Assembly: GCA_016840485.1 (NCBI GenBank)
Contig: JAEOSG010000096.1
Span: 1 to 9,574 of the forward strand
Source of the DNA: Candidatus Baldrarchaeota archaeon
GTDB taxonomy: Archaea; Asgardarchaeota; Baldrarchaeia; Baldrarchaeales; DXJG01
Reading direction: 5' to 3'
DNA: 9,574 bases
The position numbers were made by a program, and so were the translations under genes. Of the stretch, positions 6,420 to 9,574 are shown one piece after another. The notes below the pieces were generated by a model. That model saw only the letters and a list, made by a program, of their open reading frames with translations. It searched no databases and had not been told where the DNA came from. Each line of letters starts with the position of its first letter. Positions within the stretch are counted from its first letter, which is position 1.

Positions 6420-7394
6420 ATGTACTTTATTCCAACTTTTAAGGATGTACTTGACGCTAAAAAAATTGTTTCTAAGTATCTTATCAGAACTCCGTTGTTA
6501 TATTCTAAGCAGCTTTCAAGAATACTTGGATGCGATGCATATGTTAAGTGCGAGAATGCTCAGATTACTGGAGCATTTAAAGTTAGAGGAGGGGTTAATC
6601 TAGTTTCAAAGTTATCTGAGGAAGAGAAACGTAAGGGTGTTATTGCTGTTTCAACTGGGAATCACGGTTTATCAGTTGCTTATGCAGCTTCACTTTTCGA
6701 TGTAGATGCAACGATAGTTATGCCTGAAGGAGCTAATCCATTTAAAGTTCAAGCCATAAAAGATTTAGGCGCCAAAGTGGTTTTCCGTGGAAAAGATTAC
6801 GATGAAGCAAAAGAATGGACCGAGAAAGAAGCTGTTAAGGAAGGTTATCGATACATACATTCAGGAAATGAGCCGTACTTAATAGCGGGTGTAGGAACAC
6901 TATACTTAGAAATACTTGAAGACTTACCGGATGTAGATGTAATAATTGTTCCAGTTGGCGGGGGAAGTGGGGCCTCAGCAGCATGTATCGTAGCTAAAAC
7001 AGTAAACCCGGAAATAAAGGTCATTGGAGTTCAATCAAGTGGAGCACCAGCAGTATACCTTTCGTGGAAAAACAGAAAAATCGTGAAAATGGAGGAAGTA
7101 AAGACTTTTGCAGAAGGCTTAGCCACAAGAGCACCTTTCGAACTAACATTGGACATAATGTGGAAATATTTAGACGATATGATTCTTGTGGAGGATGAGG
7201 AAATAGCTAAAGCAATAATATTATTACTTCAAACGATTCATCAAGTAGCTGAAGGAGCTGGTGCAGCAGCAACAGCAGCAGCCCTAAAAATAAAAGAACA
7301 AATAAAAGGAAAAAAGGTGGCACTAGTTCTAAGTGGAGGTAACATATCCTTCGACAAACTAAAGGGAATAATCACAAAATACAGTTTAAACTGA
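6420..7394 (+). CDS. Threonine/serine dehydratase-like PLP enzyme (fold type II), no ACT domain
   Basis: YVKCENAQITGAFKVRGGVNLVSKL (Schiff-base Lys motif), AVSTGNHGLSVAYAASLF, VPVGGGSGASAACIVAKTVNPEIKVIGVQS, VLSGGN. The ATG at 6420 has GGAGG at 6408-6412; the track's GTG at 6414 is too close to that site. Confidence 0.9.
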   Translation: MYFIPTFKDVLDAKKIVSKYLIRTPLLYSKQLSRILGCDAYVKCENAQITGAFKVRGGVNLVSKLSEEEKRKGVIAVSTGNHGLSVAYAASLFDVDATIVMPEGANPFKVQAIKDLGAKVVFRGKDYDEAKEWTEKEAVKEGYRYIHSGNEPYLIAGVGTLYLEILEDLPDVDVIIVPVGGGSGASAACIVAKTVNPEIKVIGVQSSGAPAVYLSWKNRKIVKMEEVKTFAEGLATRAPFELTLDIMWKYLDDMILVEDEEIAKAIILLLQTIHQVAEGAGAAATAAALKIKEQIKGKKVALVLSGGNISFDKLKGIITKYSLN

Positions 7395-7515
7395 AACAAT
7401 TACATCATATATTTTTCTACTTTCTTCAAGCTTACTAATAAATTAATTGAACAGGAAAATTAAAAACTTTAAATAGTCTTTGAAGCAAATTTTGTTTATT
7501 AACTTAAATTTGCAT

Positions 7516-7524
7516 AGGAGGGTG
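7516..7524 (+). promoter_or_regulatory. Shine-Dalgarno of the P-type ATPase gene
   Basis: AGGAGGGTG a few nt upstream of GTG 7529. Confidence 0.7.
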
Positions 7525-7528
7525 GGAA

Positions 7529-9574
7529 GTGTATGAAAAACTTCCTAAAAAAGATAGTATGAGTCATGAACGTCATCTACATAAGTATGATGAAATTTCA
7601 ACTCAGCCAAAACCACATGCGCACCTTGAACATCACGTACATATGGTTGAAGAATTTAAGAAAAAATTCTGGATTTCGCTTATCTTAACAATTCCGATAC
7701 TTCTTCTTTCACCAATGATACAATCCCTGATAGGAATACAGATAAGATTTACTGGCGACATCTACCTACTCTTCTTTCTTTCAAGCATCATATATCTGTA
7801 TGGCGGATTACCCTTTATCAAAGGAATGATCAACGAACTACGTAAGAAAAATCCGGGAATGATGACCTTAATTGCAGTTGCAATCACCACTGCTTACGCA
7901 TATAGTAGCATTGTTGTCTTCGGACTACCAGGGAAAGTCTTCTTTTGGGAGTTAGCAACACTAATTGATATTATGCTTCTCGGCCATTGGATTGAAATGC
8001 GATCCGTACTAGGGGCATCCAAAGCACTGGAAGAAATGGTTAAATTAATGCCGTCAGAAGCTCATCTTCTCATGGAAGACGGTTCAACAATAGATGTACC
8101 AATTGAGAAAGTGAAGCCTGGCGACCGCGTACTAGTTAAACCTGGAGAAAAAATACCTGTAGATGGCATAGTAATTCAAGGACATACAACTGTCGATGAA
8201 AGTATGTTAACTGGAGAATCAAAACCCGTTGAAAAGGGTGAAGAAGATACTGTCATCGGCGGTTCAATAAATAATGAAGGATCAATAATTGTTGAAGTTC
8301 AGAAAACCGGCGCCGAAACATATCTTTCACAAGTAATTGAACTTGTTAGAGAAGCACAGCAAACCTGTTCAAAAACTCAAGATTTAGCAAATAGAGCTGC
8401 GTTCTGGTTAACAATAATTGCCTTAGGAGGCGGAACAGTCACAGTCTTAACGTGGGTCTTAATAGGAAAAGATATTGCTTTCGCATTGGAACGCGCCGTT
8501 ACTGTAATGGTAATTGCATGTCCTCATGCATTAGGCCTTGCAATTCCATTAGCTGTAGCAGTTTCAACATCATTGGCTGCTAAAAACGGTTTACTTATCA
8601 GAGAACGTAGCGCCTTTGAACGAGCCAGAAACCTGCAAGCAGTTGTTTTCGATAAAACTGGAACACTAACCGAAGGTAGATTTGGTGTAACAGATATTAT
8701 TCCCCTTTCCAGTAAAGATGAGAATGAAGTTTTAAGTCTTGCAGCTTCCCTAGAATTACGTTCCGAACATCCAATTGCACTAGGAATTGTTAAAAAAGCT
8801 CAAGAAAGAAATTTGTCACTTAAAGAAGTAACCGATTTTAAAGCTATTACAGGGAGAGGTATAGAAGGAGAAGTAGAAGGAAAGATCGTGAAAGTTGTTA
8901 GTCCAAGTTATTTAAAGGAGATTAATATAGAAGTCGATGATGGTAGAGTTGAAAAAGTTTTCAAGCAAGGAAAGACTGTCGTATTTGTTTTAGAAAATAA
9001 CCAGGTAATTGGAGCGATAGCATTGGCAGATATTGTACGTAAAGAATCGAGAGAAGCTATCAAGAAACTGAAAGAAATGGGACTAAAATGTATGATGCTT
9101 ACTGGAGACAATAAATATGTTGCAAAATGGGTAGCAGAAGAATTAGGTCTAGATGACTATTTTGCTGAAGTGTTACCCCATGAAAAAGCGACAGCTATTC
9201 GAAAAATACAGGAGCGTGGTCTCATAGTAGCAATGGTTGGAGACGGAATAAACGATGCTCCTGCCTTAGCACAAGCAGATATAGGAATCGCAATTGGAGC
9301 TGGCACCGATGTAGCCATAGAAACAGCAGACATAATCTTGGTTCGCAACGACTCTAGAGATGTAGTTGCAATTATTGGTCTTGCAAAAGCAACCTACAAG
9401 AAAATGATTCAAAACCTGCTTTGGGCAACAGGTTACAATGCTCTTGCAATTCCCCTTGCCGCAGGTATCCTCTACGGAGTCGGAATACTATTAACACCAG
9501 CAATAGGTGCCGTACTGATGTCTCTTAGTACACTCATTGTCTCCATTAATGCACGATTACTTTCCTTGGGATAA
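7529..9574 (+). CDS. copB: P1B-type heavy-metal (copper) translocating ATPase, CPH/CopB-like subgroup
   Basis: HHVHM near the N-terminus; [86 protein letters not shown], and TM7/8 [12 protein letters not shown]...[15 protein letters not shown]. No N-terminal CxxC HMA domain; Met/His-rich start instead. TAA at 9572-9574. Confidence 0.93.
   Translation: MYEKLPKKDSMSHERHLHKYDEISTQPKPHAHLEHHVHMVEEFKKKFWISLILTIPILLLSPMIQSLIGIQIRFTGDIYLLFFLSSIIYLYGGLPFIKGMINELRKKNPGMMTLIAVAITTAYAYSSIVVFGLPGKVFFWELATLIDIMLLGHWIEMRSVLGASKALEEMVKLMPSEAHLLMEDGSTIDVPIEKVKPGDRVLVKPGEKIPVDGIVIQGHTTVDESMLTGESKPVEKGEEDTVIGGSINNEGSIIVEVQKTGAETYLSQVIELVREAQQTCSKTQDLANRAAFWLTIIALGGGTVTVLTWVLIGKDIAFALERAVTVMVIACPHALGLAIPLAVAVSTSLAAKNGLLIRERSAFERARNLQAVVFDKTGTLTEGRFGVTDIIPLSSKDENEVLSLAASLELRSEHPIALGIVKKAQERNLSLKEVTDFKAITGRGIEGEVEGKIVKVVSPSYLKEINIEVDDGRVEKVFKQGKTVVFVLENNQVIGAIALADIVRKESREAIKKLKEMGLKCMMLTGDNKYVAKWVAEELGLDDYFAEVLPHEKATAIRKIQERGLIVAMVGDGINDAPALAQADIGIAIGAGTDVAIETADIILVRNDSRDVVAIIGLAKATYKKMIQNLLWATGYNALAIPLAAGILYGVGILLTPAIGAVLMSLSTLIVSINARLLSLG

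Noticed and set aside
8908-9348. Minus-strand ORFs opposite the P-type ATPase
   Set aside because: Shadow ORFs opposite the conserved P and N domains.
1-9574. CRISPR arrays, tRNA/rRNA genes, transposases or integration repeats
   Set aside because: No regularly spaced repeats, recognisable RNA gene signatures, transposase motifs or terminal inverted repeats were seen in the reading.

Overview
Ordinary-looking archaeal-type chromosomal segment: AT-rich, Shine-Dalgarno-led genes, TATA-like promoter elements and F420 biosynthesis. Recognisable genes from left to right: (1) the 3' end of an unidentified ORF cut by the window edge; (2) a minus-strand pair of an FbiB-C-terminal-like nitroreductase and CofD (2-phospho-L-lactate transferase), joined by a TAATG stop/start overlap; (3) a minus-strand ECF-transporter S-component-like membrane protein; (4) a RidA/YjgF-family protein; (5) an M20 / YgeY-like metallohydrolase split over two frames by an A7 homopolymer frameshift and a TATC tandem duplication; (6) a VapBC-type toxin-antitoxin pair with a perfect 12-bp palindrome at its promoter; (7) a membrane-anchored extracytoplasmic protein of unknown function; (8) a threonine/serine dehydratase-like PLP enzyme without an ACT domain; (9) a CPH-motif (CopB/P1B-3-like) copper-type P-type ATPase ending exactly at the window edge. 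No CRISPR array, tRNA, rRNA or transposase was recognised. I found no convincing evidence of a wholly new multi-gene system. The best leads are the nitroreductase-CofD coupling (candidate dehydro-F420 reductase), the doubly frameshifted but otherwise intact M20 gene, the VapBC palindrome and the uncharacterised anchored protein.
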